This document shows, piece by piece, positions 1 through 13,120 of a stretch of 64,000 nucleotides of DNA. Made by a program: the position numbers and the translations under genes. Below the pieces are notes generated by a model, which was not told where the DNA came from, made no database searches, and worked only from the letters and a program-made list of their open reading frames with translations. This DNA is from Macrostomum hystrix (taxonomy: Eukaryota; Animalia; Platyhelminthes): assembly GCA_950097015.1 (NCBI GenBank), contig CATNEN010000003.1, positions 4,402,001 through 4,466,000 on the forward strand. Reading direction: 5' to 3'. How positions within the stretch are numbered: position 1 is the stretch's first letter; every line of letters starts with the position of its first letter.

Positions 1-3000
1 AACTCATCAGATCCTCAGATTTGGTTGCTGAACTCATCAGATCCTCAGATTTGGTTGCTGAACTCATCAGATCCTCAGATTTGGTTGCTGAACTCATCAG
101 ATTCTCAGATTTGGTTGCTGAACTCATCAGATCCTCAGATTTGATTGCTGAACTCATCAGATCATCAGATTTGATTGCTGAACTCATCAGATCCTCAGAT
201 TTGATTGCTGAACTCATCAGATCCTCAGATTTGATTGCTGAACTCATCAGATCCTCAGATTTGATTGCTGAACTCATCAGATCCTCAGATTTGATTGCTG
301 AACTCATCAGATCCTCAGATTTGATTGCTGAACTCATCAGATCCTCAGATTTGATTGCTGAAACTCATCAGATCCTCAGATTTGGTTGCTGAACTCTTCA
401 GATCCTCAGATTTGATTGCTGAACTCATCAGATCCTCAGATTTGATTGCTGAACTCATCAGATCCTCAGATTTGATTGCTGAACTCATCAGATCCTCAGA
501 TTTGGTTGCTGAACTCATCAGATCCTCAGATTTGATTGTTGAACTCATCAGATCCTCAGATTTGATTGCTGAACTCATCAGATCCTCAGATTTGGTTGCT
601 GAACTCATCAGATCCTCAGATTTGATTGCTGAACTCATCAGATCCTCAGATTTGATTGCTGAACTCATCAGATCCTCAGATTTGATTGCTGAACTCATCA
701 GATCCTCAGATTTGGTTGCTGAACTCATCAGATTCTCAGATTTTGGTTGCTGAACTCATCAGATCCTCAGATTTGATTGCTGAACTCATCAGATCCTCAG
801 ATTTGATTGCTGAACTCATCAGATCCTCAGATTTGATTGCTGAACTCATCAGATCCTCAGATTTGATTGCTGAACTCATCAGATCCTCAGATTTGGTTGC
901 TGAACTCTTCAGATCCTCAGATTTGATTGCTGAACTCATCAGATCCTCAGATTTGGTTGCTGAACTCATCAGATCCTCAGATTTGATTGCTGAACTCATC
1001 AGATCCTCAGATTTGATTGCTGAACTCTTCAGATCCTCAGATTTGATTGTTGAACTCATCAGATCCTCAGATTTGGTTGCTGAACTCATCAGATCCTCAG
1101 ATTTGATTGCTGAACTCATCAGATCCTCAGATTTGATTGCTGAACTCATCAGATCCTCAGATTTGGTTGCTGAACTCTTCAGATCCTCAGATTTGATTGC
1201 TGAACTCATCAGATCCTCAGATTTGGTTGCTGAACTCATCAGATCCTCAGATTTGATTGCTGAACTCATCAGATCCTCAGATTTGATTGCTGAACTCTTC
1301 AGATCCTCAGATTTGATTGTTGAACTCATCAGATCCTCAGATTTGGTTGCTGAACTCTTCAGATCCTCAGATTTGATTGCTGAACTCATCAGATCCTCAG
1401 ATTTGGTTGCTGAACTCATCAGATCCTCAGATTTGATTGCTGAACTCATCAGATCCTCAGATTTGATTGCTGAACTCTTCAGATCCTCAGATTTGATTGT
1501 TGAACTCATCAGATCCTCAGATTTGGTTGCTGAACTCATCAGATCCTCAGATTTGATTGCTGAACTCATCAGATCCTCAGATTTGATTGCTGAACTCATC
1601 AGATCCTCAGATTTGATTGCTGAACTCATCAGATCCTCAGATTTGATTGCTGAACTCATCAGATCCTCAGATTTGATTGCTGAACTCATCAGATCCTCAG
1701 ATTTGGTTGCTGAACTCATCAGATTCTCAGATTTGGTTGCTGAACTCATCAGATCCTCAGATTTGATTGCTGAACTCATCAGATCCTCAGATTTGATTGC
1801 TGAACTCATCAGATCCTCAGATTTGATTGCTGAACTCATCAGATCCTCAGATTTGATTGCTGAACTCTTCAGATCCTCAGATTTGATTGTTGAACTCATC
1901 AGATCCTCAGATTTGGTTGCTGAACTCATCAGATCCTCAGATTTGATTGCTGAACTCATCAGATCCTCAGATTTGATTGCTGAACTCATCAGATCCTCAG
2001 ATTTGGTTGCTGAACTCTTCAGATCCTCAGATTTGATTGCTGAACTCATCAGATCCTCAGATTTGGTTGCTGAACTCATCAGATCCTCAGATTTGATTGC
2101 TGAACTCATCAGATCCTCAGATTTGATTGCTGAACTCTTCAGATCCTCAGATTTGATTGTTGAACTCATCAGATCCTCAGATTTGGTTTGCTGAACTCTT
2201 CAGATCCTCAGATTTGATTGCTGAAACTCATCAGATCCTCAGATTTGGTTGCTGAACTCATCAGATCCTCAGATTTGATTGCTGAACTCATCAGATCCTC
2301 AGATTTGATTGCTGAACTCTTCAGATCCTCAGATTTGATTGTTGAACTCATCAGATCCTCAGATTTGGTTGCTGAACTCATCAGATCCTCAGATTTGATT
2401 GCTGAACTCATCAGATCCTCAGATTTGATTGCTGAACTCATCAGATCCTCAGATTTGATTGCTGAACTCATCAGATCCTCAGATTTGATTGCTGAACTCA
2501 TCAGATCCTCAGATTTGATTGCTGAACTCATCAGATCCTCAGATTTGATTGCTGAACTCATCAGATCCTCAGATTTGATTGCTGAAACTCATCAGATCCT
2601 CAGATTTGATTGCTGAACTCATCAGATCCTCAGATTTGATTGCTGAACTCATCAGATCCTCAGATTTGATTGCTGAACTCATCAGATCCTCAGATTTGGT
2701 TGCTGAACTCATCAGATCCTCAGATTTGATTGCTGAACTCATCAGATCCTCAGATTTGGTTGCTGAACTCATCAGATCCTCAGATTTGATTGCTTGAACT
2801 CATCAGATCCTCAGATTTGGTTGCTGAACTCATCAGATCCTCAGATTTGATTGCTGAACTCATCAGATCCTCAGATTTGATTGCTGAACTCATCAGATCC
2901 TCAGATTTGGTTGCTGAACTCATCAGATCCTCAGATTTGATTGCTGAACTCATCAGATCCTCAGATTTGGTTGCTGAACTCATCAGATCCTCAGATTTGG

Positions 3001-5790
3001 TTGCTGAACTCATCAGATCCTCAGATTTGATTGCTGAACTCATCAGATCCTCAGATTTGATTGCTGAACTCATCAGATCCTCAGATTTGGATTGCTGAAC
3101 TCATCAGATCCTCAGATTTGATTGCTGAACTCATCAGATCCTCAGATTTGGTTGCTGAACTCATCAGATCCTCAGATTTGGTTGCTGAACTCATCAGATT
3201 CCTCAGATTTGGTTGCTGAACTCATCAGATCCTCAGATTTGATTGCTGAACTCATCAGATCCTCAGATTTGATTGCTGAACTCATCAGATCCTCAGATTT
3301 GGTTGCTGAACTCATCAGATCCTCAGATTTGATTGCTGAACTCATCAGATCCTCAGATTTGATTGCTGAACTCATCAGATCCTCAGATTTGATTGCTGAA
3401 CTCATCAGATCCTCAGATTTGGTTGCTGAACTCATTCAGATCCTCAGATTTGATTGCTGAACTCATCAGATCCTCAGATTTGGTTGCTGAACTCATCAGA
3501 TCCTCAGATTTGATTGCTGAACTCATCAGATCCTCAGATTTGATTGCTGAACTCATCAGATCCTCAGATTTGATTGCTGAACTCATCAGATCCTCAGATT
3601 TGATTGCTGAACTCATCAGATCCTCAGATTTGATTGCTGAACTCATCAGATCCTCAGATTTGATTGCTGAACTCATCAGATCCTCAGATTTGATTGCTGA
3701 ACTCATCAGATCCTCAGATTTGATTGCTGAACTCATCAGATCCTCAGATTTGATTGCTGAACTCATCAGATCCTCAGATTTGATTGCTGAACTCATCAGA
3801 TCCTCAGATTTGATTGCTGAACTCATCAGATCCTCAGATTTGATTGCTGAACTCATCAGATCCTCAGATTTGATTGCTGAACTCATCAGATCCTCAGATT
3901 TGATTGCTGAACTCATCAGATCCTCAGATTTGATTGCTGAACTCATCAGATCCTCAGATTTGGTTGCTGAACTCATCAGATCCTCAGATTTGATTGCTGA
4001 ACTCATCAGATCCTCAGATTTGATTGCTGAACTCATTCAGATCCTCAGATTTGATTGCTTGAACTCATCAGATCCTCAGATTTGGATTGCTGAACTCATC
4101 AGATCCTCAGATTTGATTGCTGAACTCATCAGATCCTCAGATTTGATTGCTGAACTCATCAGATCCTCAGATTTGATTGCTGAACTCATCAGATCCTCAG
4201 ATTTGATTGCTGAACTCATCAGATCCTCAGATTTGGTTGCTGAACTCATAGATCCTCAGATTTGGTTGCTGAACTCATCAGATCCTCAGATTTGATTGCT
4301 GAACTCATTCAGATCCTCAGATTTGATTGCTGAACTCATCAGATCCTCAGATTTGGTTGCTGAACTCATCAGATCCTCAGATTTGATTGCTGAACTCATC
4401 AGATCCTCAGATTTGGTTGCTGAACTCATCAGATCCTCAGATTTGATTGCTGAACTCATCAGATCCTCAGATTTGATTGCTGAACTCATCAGATCCTCAG
4501 ATTTGGTTGCTGAACTCATCAGATCCTCAGATTTGATTGCTGAACTCATCAGATCCTCAGAATTTGATTGCTGAACTCATTCAGATCCTCAGATTTGATT
4601 GCTGAACTCATCAGATCCTCAGATTGATTGCTGGAAACTCCTTCAGATCCTCAGATTTGATTGCTGAAACTCATCAGAGAATTCCTCAGATTTGGTTGCT
4701 GAAACTCATCAGATCCTCAGATTTGATTGCTGAACTCATCAGATCCTCAGATTTGATTGCTGAACTCATCAGATCCTCAGATTTGATTGTTGAACTCATC
4801 AGATCCTCAGATTTGGTTGCTGAACTCATCAGATCCTCAGATTTGATTGCTGAACTCATCAGATCCTCAGATTTGATTGCTGAACTCATCAGATCCTCAG
4901 ATTTGATTGCTGAACTCATCAGATCATCAGATTTGATTGCTGAACTCATCAGATCCTCAGATTTGATTGCTGAACTCATCAGATCCTCAGATTTGATTGC
5001 TGAACTCATCAGATCCTCAGATTTGATTGCTGAACTCATCAGATCCTCAGATTTGATTGCTGAACTCATCAGATCCTCAGATTTGATTGCTGAACTCATC
5101 AGATCCTCAGATTTGGTTGCTGAACTCTTCAGATCCTCAGATTTGATTGCTGAACTCATCAGATCCTCAGATTTGGTTGCTGAACTCATCAGATCCTCAG
5201 ATTTGATTGCTGAACTCATCAGATCCTCAGATTTGATTGCTGAACTCATCAGATCCTCAGATTTGATTGCTGAACTCATCAGATCCTCAGATTTGATTGC
5301 TGAACTCATCAGATCCTCAGATTTGGTTGCTGAACTCATCAGATCCTCAGATTTGGTTGCTGAACTCATCAGATCCTCAGATTTGATTGCTGAACTCATC
5401 AGATCCTCAGATTTGATTGCTGAACTCTTCAGATCCTCAGATTTGATTGTTGAACTCATCAGATCCTCAGATTTGGTTGCTGAACTCATCAGATCCTCAG
5501 ATTTGATTGCTGAACTCATCAGATCCTCAGATTTGATTGCTGAACTCATCAGATCCTCAGATTTGGTTGCTGAACTCATCAGATCCTCAGATTTGATTGC
5601 TGAACTCATCAGATCCTCAGATTTGATTGCTGAACTCATCAGATCCTCAGATTTGATTGCTGAACTCATCAGATCCTCAGATTTGATTGCTGAACTCATC
5701 AGATCCTCAGATTTGGTTGCTGAACTCATCAGATCCTCAGATTTGGTTGCTGAACTCATCAGATCCTCAGATTTGATTGCTGAACTCATA
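1..5790. repeat. 30-bp tandem satellite (aactcatcagatcctcagatttgattgctg), >190 copies, in the intron upstream of a Ku70 exon
   Basis: Directly visible 30-nt period. It generates the spurious (LIRSSDLIAE)n and (MSSAIKSEDL)n ORFs. Confidence 0.98.
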
Positions 5791-5842
5791 AGATGTTCAA
5801 ATAAGATTTCTGACTCATTTTTGAGTAAAAAATCCTCACTAG

Positions 5843-8153
5843 GGATCTTGCCATCGCTTCCAACCAATCAGGTGTCAATCTCGGATGCTGTTTGGACCTG
5901 TCAGAGCCTATTCAGCGCTTGCACTCTTCGCCTGGGATTTCGTCGTATTTTCCTCCTAACTAACGACGATAATCCGCACGACGGGGATCAGCACAAACGA
6001 GCCCAATTGCGCACTAAGATACGCGACCTACAGCAGACTGAAATTGAACTGCTGCTGCTGCCGCAGCTGCCTACGATTAGCGGCGGTGGACTGTTTGATG
6101 GAAAACGATTCTACTACGATAATTTGCTGCCTGAGGATAGCAAGTGAGCTGAGGTTTTTAGTGGGCAGTTGCTTTATCCACCCTCTCATTCTTGACGATT
6201 GACTGTAGTTCAGGCTGAGGTATGCACCCTCCCATTCTTCAGGATTGACTGTAGTTTATGCACCCACCCATTCTTCAGGATTGACTGTAGTTTATGCACC
6301 CTCCCATTCTTCAGGATTGACTGTAGTTTATGCACCCACCCATTCTTCACGATTGACTGTAGTTTATGGACCCTCCCATTCTTCACGATTGACTGTAGTT
6401 TATGCACCCTCCCATTCTTCACGATTGACTGTAGTTTATGCACCCTCCCATTCTTCAGGATGGACTAGTTAACCACCCTCCCATTCTTCACGATGTACTA
6501 TTATAGTTTATCCACCCTCCCATTCTTCAGGATTGACTAGTTTATCCACCCTCCCATTCTTCAGGATTGACTAGTTTATTCACCCTCCCATTCTTCAGGA
6601 TTGACGAAGGCAGCGATCATCTAGCCGACCTGCTTCAATCGGCCAGCAGTAAAGCGTCGACCCGTCGAGCTCAGGTTCGTCTGGGCCTGAAACTTGGCCC
6701 AGGCCTGGCCCTGCCAGTGGCTGTCTATAATCTCACTAGGCGATGCAATGTGCCCACTGCTGAGCGACTGCATCGGGCCACTAACGAAAGAGTGAAGAGA
6801 ACTACGCGAAAGTTTCTAGCCGATACTGCCGAAGTCCTAATGCCGACGGATTTGAAAAAGGCCGCTGTAGTTGTTGGTAAGAAGAAGTTTTAATAAAATT
6901 AATATAATACTGATAACCTTATTCTTTTATTTCTACTAGAAGTAGTGTAGTTAGGGTACACATTTTTCAGAAAATCATAAAAAGTGATGTAACACAAATA
7001 TTTTTTAATTAAAGTAGGGTTAAGTTAAATTCTTCTGAAACCTTTCTTTAGGCAAGAAGATTCTCTTTGAACAGGAAGAGGTGAAACAGATGCGGCGTTT
7101 ATCAGACACCGGCTTGAATCTTATCGCATTCTATCCAATGTCCGCTATGAAGACTCATTATCACATTCGTCCGGCATCGTTTATCTATCCGGATGAGCCG
7201 GCTGCTCAGGGCAGCACCTGCCTATTTACGGCCCTGCTGCGAACCTGCCTAGATAAAAATCGTTTCGCCCTGTGCTCCTACACGCCTAGATCCAATGCTA
7301 CCACTAGCCTAGTGGCCCTGCTACCTCAGGCTGAGGTGCATTGTCCAGATACTGGCGTACAACTGGTACCACCCGGCTTTCACCTGGTCCAGTTGCCGTT
7401 TGCTGACGATTTTAGAAAGCTAACACTAGACAGCGAAGACCAAGATAAGAATGAAGTATTCGCCACTGACGAAGAGGTTCAATTAGCTAAGGCGTTGATT
7501 GTTCGCCACGAGGATAAACAATGGAATCCTGATAGGCATTCTAATCCAGCTTTGCAGGCCTACTATGCCCAGTTGGAGGCTATCGCGTTGGACAAAGCCG
7601 AGCCTAGAAAGGTCGAAGATACTACCATTATGAGCGAGAAAGTTGTGGCTAGATCAGCCAAAGCGGTGGATCAGTTTCTTCAAGTAAGTTTCCTTTGGCT
7701 TGGAGTTCTTAACTTCAGAAAAATCCGCCTGTTTCTACTAATAGTAAAGTTAATATACAAATCATGTTATTTGTTTTTAAAGAAATTGATTGTATTTTTT
7801 TCTGACAAAAATCCTACATTTCTACTGTAAGTAGCGTAATGTGGAGATAAAAGTCGAAATACAATTTACCCTACTATAAGTAGGGTTGTAAAGCATTTTT
7901 TACCTATTTTTTTCGCCTACCCCAGGCTTTCGGCATACGCAAGCGAAGCGAAGGCGGCGTTGGAAATGCGGCAGCTAAACGCGCCAAAGTTGTCGAGTCT
8001 GCAGCCGACATCGAGACAGAAGCTCGTGCCGGCCGACTAGCCAAACTAACTGTGCCAGTGCTGAAGGAAGCAGCCAATGGGCTGCGTTTGAAGCCAGCTA
8101 GCCAGCGCAAACAGGACCTTATCGACGCTATCAATGCCCACTTTGGACTTTAG
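5843..8153 (+). CDS. XRCC6: Ku70 (XRCC6), 3' part. Exons ~5843 (or 5872)-6143, 6599-6876, 7052-7683, 7926-8153; upstream exons lie outside the window
   Basis: Ku70 motifs RRIFLLTNDDNPH, HIRPASFIYPDE, PPGFHLVQLPFADDFR, NPALQAYYAQLEAIAL, and a C-terminal SAP domain (LAKLTVPVLKEAANGLRL..RKQDLIDAINAHF*). GT-AG junction phases are consistent (2,1,0). Confidence 0.93.
6170..6605. repeat. 36-bp intronic minisatellite whose unit contains the Ku70 splice acceptor
   Basis: Unit ctcccattcttcaggattgactgtagtttatgcacc. The last copy supplies the real AG at 6597-6598. Confidence 0.9.
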
Positions 8154-8555
8154 GTGGTAAATTAAATAGATTCTATTTTTGTTTATTTTCTCAGACAATT
8201 GGTTTTATCATTCCCAATTCGGACTTGTTGCGAAAACAATTAATATTTTCTAATGCTTTTCTTGATAGTTTCTTCTTCGTTAGAAAAAGTTTGTTAACTT
8301 GGTTACAAATCTTTGTCACTTTCGTCACTCTCTTCTCTCCCGTCAAAAAATTCACCCGGAAACTTGACCCGGAAATTAGTGATCCGGGTTCGGAAACACT
8401 CACATTTCCGGGTGAAGGCCCGGATCAGAAAATTTGACCCGGATCACCCTCTTTTTTCCGGGACTATGATCCGGGGAATTACATGATTTTTATTTCCCGG
8501 AAAAAGAACTCAATTCGGCCAAAAAAGTCTCGATACGTGCCAATTTCCCGGTCCA

Positions 8556-9044
8556 GTTCACCCGGATCAGAGATGGTTTCCATGTGAAGCCCCGGATCAT
8601 CGCCCGGATCAGGTTTTCCCGGAAATAGGTGTTAATCTGGGTGAGAAAGACAAGATCTGGGTGCATTTCCCGGAAACTGTGACCCCGGATCAGTGGTGGT
8701 TTCCGTGTGAAGTCCCAGATCAATGCCCGGATCAGGTTTGCCCAGAAATAGGTGTTAATCTGGGTGAGAAAGACAAGATCTGGGTGAATTTCCCGGAAAC
8801 TGTGACCCCGGATCAGCGGTGGTTTCCGTGTGAAGCCCGGATCTCTGCCCGGATCAGGTTGGCCCGGAAATCAGAAATGTTCCTGGATGTATCCCTGAAA
8901 CCAAATCTGATCCGGGGTCACAGTTTCCGGGAAATGCACCCAGATCTTGTCTTTCTCACCCAGATTAACACCTATTTCCGGGAAAACCTGATCCGGGCGA
9001 TGATCCGGGGCTTCACATGGAAACCATCTCTGATCCGGGTGAAC
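8556..9044. repeat. 138-bp inverted repeat (arms 8556-8693 and 8907-9044) inside the TIR element
   Basis: Arms are reverse complements. The same peptide appears in ORFs 8490-8723(-) and 8661-9161(+). Confidence 0.9.
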
Positions 9045-9240
9045 AGGACACGGAAACTAGCACTGTTCCGGACGATTTCGCCTGGATTATTCAATATTTT
9101 TGGGCGAAGTGGATTCCTTGACGCAGAGGCATATTTTGATCGGGAGTTTTCAATTTCTTAAGTGACTATGCTTCATTGAGGTGAGAGGAAATAAGGCCTG
9201 CCCTGTTGAGGAATAAAGTACTCACAGAGTATACATCAGC

Positions 9241-9482
9241 GAGGGGCAATACAGCCTCGCACCTGTTGAGGCTAAAGGCAGCCGCTACGCAGCTGACCTA
9301 CGAGGGGCAATCAATCCTCGCACCTGTTGAGGCTAAAGGCAGCCGCTACGCAGCTGACCTACGAGGGGCAATCAATCCTCGCAACTGTTGAGGCTAAAGG
9401 CAGCCGCTACGCAGCTGACCTACGAGGGGCAATCAATCCTCGCAACTGTTAAGGCTAAAGGCAGCCGCTACGCTGACCTACG
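9241..9482. repeat. 61-bp tandem repeat (~4 copies; further copies at ~9950-10050)
   Basis: ctgttgaggctaaaggcagccgctacgcagctgacctacgaggggcaatcaatcctcgca starts at 9263, 9324 and 9385. Confidence 0.85.
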
Positions 9483-10542
9483 TGAGGCATAGTGCTATGT
9501 ATCAGCAAACACTGTAGCGCTCGTAATGTGAGGCTGCGCCCACCCTCCGCACAGGTGACAGCTTTGTTCTCGAACGAACTGTTGCAAATCTATATTGCGT
9601 GCGAGAGGTTGGACTCCCATTGGCGTGTAGTTCGTCGCGGTTGCTTAGTGTGCCTTGCGCGCGCAGTGAACTGATAGTGTCAAGTTTATTCCGACCTGTC
9701 ATTCACCGCCACACTTATTGCGTTCGGCACAGCTGAGTGTCTAGACGGAGTCTGCGGCATAGTTCCATTCAGCTCTAACTGGCCCAGTGACTAAAGTAAC
9801 CTACTCTATTTAAGACCAACGCTAATCCAGCTCTGCTGGTGCATGCTCCTTTGGGTTGTCTAAAGCGTGTGCAGTTGCGCTGATGGCACTGACATTCTGA
9901 TGGGAGTAAAGACAGCTACTAAAAAGGAGGCAATGAGATCGAGTCACACCTGTTGAACTAAAGGCAGCTACTAAACAGCTGACCTACGAGGGGCAATCAA
10001 TCCTCGCAACTGTTGAGGCTAAAGGCAGCCGCTACGCTGACCTACGAGAGGCAGTGAAAGGCATGTGCGTCATGTCGAAATTAATCTTGGAATTATGAAT
10101 CTTTGTACTCGTCTAGTCGCGTACATTCTGCTGTTTTTTGTTCCCACATAGCTGATGCATTCATAAGTGTAAATGAAACGAATTCTTTGGTCAAGATGTT
10201 CGACAGTCTTTATGCTTTAATTCTCTTACCAGTTCATGATGGCATTGCTAGTTTGGTTACTACTGCTGTAGGACTAGTCTTTGTTGTTTAGCAAGTGTAT
10301 TAGTAGCAAGTGTAGCAGTAAGTTAAATCGAGAAGAAATTGCCCCACCCATCCAAGGCGATGCTGGTCCCGCCTTAATCGACTCCGGCGGCAATTTCCTA
10401 GAAGAAGGCGACAATTTGCCAACTGATTTAGATGCGGCAACCGCCCCTCTGGACAATTAATAATGAATTATAAAAAAGCACAATGAACCCGTATACGGGA
10501 TTAGGAAGAATCACTCTGCTGGCCATATATATTATATAAAAC

Positions 10543-10820
10543 CCACTCTTTATTCTCTCCCCACCCCATTCTCTCCCCACTCTTTATTCTCTCCCCACTC
10601 CATTCTCTCCCCACTCCATTCTCTCCCCACTCTCCATTTTCTCCCCACTCTCCATTTTCTCCCCACTCTTTCTTCTCTCCCCACTCCATTCTCTCCCCAC
10701 TCTCCATTTTCTCCCCACTCTTTCTTCTCTCCCCACTCCATTCTCTCCCCACTCTCCATTTTCTCCCCACTCTCCATTTTCTCCCCACTCTCCATTTTCT
10801 CCCCACTCGATTCTCTCCCC
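10543..10820. repeat. Pyrimidine-rich ~16-18-bp tandem repeat (ctccccactctccatttt)
   Basis: Direct inspection. Confidence 0.9.
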
Positions 10821-11301
10821 ATTGCTCTTTTTCCAGATTGTGTGGACTCTGGCAGCATTATTTTATTTTATTTCCATTTTCCCGTGAGGAAATCGAATTT
10901 AATTTTGTCCGTGTGCGTACTGTACTACATGTGCGAATTCTTTTACCAATTAGTTATACTCTTGAGCACACTCTGAGAGTACTAGGCACTGCCGTGTTTA
11001 TTTTCTAACTTTTTAAACTATTATTTTCTTGGTTCCAGTGCGTTTTTTTACTTGAGCTGCCTCTTCGTTTCTGTAAAATTCTTCAGCGAGATAAACTTTA
11101 CAAATTGCCGACGGATATGTTTGAGCTGGTACAGTGCGTTGAGCAGTAGGCGCGTTTTTCTGCGGCCATTTCTTCCTGTCTTCGGACAGGAGAAAACCGA
11201 TCCCATTGTGCCTACTTACCTAGTAGTGGCATTAGTATTTTGAAACCGACTGTTCGTATTTTTTCCATTGCGATTTTTATTTTCTTCTTCTTCTTTCTTC
11301 T

Positions 11302-11644
11302 TCTGATATACTAAAAATGAAAATCTTGTATGTTTGTATGTTTGCAATCGACTAGCTCCCGAACGGCTCAACCGATTTTTGCAATTCCTTCGCCAAAAGA
11401 TCACAAATGGGCCCGAATCGGTATACGTATTTTTATTAAGCTTAATTCCATTGCCAAGGGGATTAAATATTCGAAAAAACAGTTTTAAATAGGCTTTTCT
11501 AATGCATTCTTGTTTTCAGCTTGTGCACAGTGAGGCCTCCAGTGCCAATTTTAATGATTGCATCAGAGCCTGCAGTTTTGATAACGCACGCGTACTGATA
11601 AGAACTCACAGGGAGGCTACCCAGAGGGTAGCGAAGGCAGCTAG
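11302..11644 (+). mobile_element. Probable short non-autonomous Helitron nested in the TIR element
   Basis: 3' hairpin gctaccc-aga-gggtagc (11616-11632) followed 8 nt later by CTAG|T. The 5' region atatactaaaaatg..tgtatgtttgtatgtttg..aacggctcaaccgatttt resembles invertebrate non-autonomous Helitron heads. The 5' end is approximate. Confidence 0.55.
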
Positions 11645-12449
11645 TACAAATCTAATCCCAATTTTAGTCCCAATTTTTCAGCTGTTTTTTCTAAATGCTA
11701 GCCGTCAACTAATTACAAATGTATCTTTGCTCAATTCAGAGTGTGTGCATGCGTGCCAGACCCAATGCTATTCCCATTTTGTCGAACTGTCCTAGCTGCC
11801 ATTATTCGCCAGTTCGTATTTCCTTAGTCTTTTATTTTTCCAATTCAGCCTAATTCTAATTTACAGTATTTTTATTCACCTTACTACAAGTAGTAAACGA
11901 CTTGAAGTCAATCCTAATTTGCTTAAAACTTCTGGTTTGATTATGAAAACATTTCTGTGAAAAGTCTAACACAATAATTTCTTTCCTTTTATTCGGTTAC
12001 CCGGATTGGACACCAACCCGTACTCTTTGCACGGAAACTGACCCGGATTGGACACCAATCCGTACTCTTCGCCCGGAAACTGACCCGGATTGGACACCAA
12101 TCCGTACTCTTCGCCCGGAAACTGATCCGGATAGAGAGCCCAGAGCATTCAGTACTTTTCGGGTCAAACTTCCGGTAATCTGTGTTCTCCGATCCGGTGT
12201 TTCGTCCCGGAACGTTTTTAGCTGATCCGGCTACCAGTTTCGGAACGAAAAAAGTATGAACGGCCGGATCACGAACGAAATCCGGAGTACATTGTAAACT
12301 TTCGTCACTTTTTCGAGCCAATTTACCGGATCACAATACATTACAGAATAGGAAAAATTTCCGGGTGAAGACAAAAATTTCCGGGCCAAGTTTCCGGGCG
12401 AATTTTTTGACGGGTCTCCTTCCATTCGCCTCTCTCCCCTCCTCCCCTC

Positions 12450-13120
12450 CTCTCTCCCTATCCCCAGTCCTCTCTCCCTATCCCCAGTCCTCTCTCCCTA
12501 TCCCCAGTCCTCTCTTTCTATCCCCAGTCCTCTCTCCCTATCCCCAGTCCTCTCTCCCCTATCCCCAGTCCTCTCTCCCCTATCCCCAGTCCTCTCTCCC
12601 TATCCCCAGTCCTCTCTTTCTATCCCCAGTCCTCTCTCCCCTATCCCCAGTCCTCTCTCCCTATCCTCAGTCCTCTCTCCCCTATCCCCAGTCCTCTCTC
12701 CCCTATCCCCAGTCCTCTCTCCCTATCCCCAGTCCTCTCTCCCCTATCCCCAGTCCTCTCTCCCCTATCCCCAGTCCTCTCTCCCTATCCCCAGTCCTCT
12801 CTCCCTATCCCCAGTCCTCTCTCCCTATCCCCAGTCCTCTCTCCCCTATCCCCAGTCCTCTCTCCCTATCCCCAGTCCTCTCTCCCTATCCCAGTCCTCT
12901 CTCCCCTATCCCCAGTCCTCTCTCCCTATCCCCAGTCCTCTCTCCCTATCCCCAGTCCTCTCTCCCCTATCCCCAGTCCTCTCTCCCCTATCCCCAGTCC
13001 TCTCTCCCCTATCCCCAGTCCTCTCTCCCCTATCCCCAGTCCTCTCTCCCCTATACCCAGTCCTCTCTCCCTATCCCCAGTCCTCTCTACCCTATCCCCA
13101 GTCCTCTCTCCCCTATCCCC
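12450..13120. repeat. ~20-22-bp pyrimidine-rich tandem repeat (cctatccccagtcctctctc)
   Basis: Direct inspection. Source of the spurious Pro/Ser ORF 12365-13255. Confidence 0.95.

Larger units (their letters stand above)
8339..12414. mobile_element. Non-autonomous TIR DNA transposon (~4.1 kb), CACTA/CMC-EnSpm-like
   Basis: ~39-bp terminal inverted repeats (cccgtcaaaaaattcacccggaaacttgacccggaaatt; 2 mismatches) and 3-bp TSD TCT (8336-8338, 12415-12417). Dense CCGG-containing subterminal repeats at both ends. No transposase ORF. The superfamily call is inference. Confidence 0.75.

Noticed and set aside
21-5790. Long (LIRSSDLIAE)n / (MSSAIKSEDL)n ORFs, including an apparent fusion to Ku70
   Set aside because: Translations of a 30-bp satellite, open on both strands and broken by indels. 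Ku70 homology starts only after acceptors at 5842/5871.
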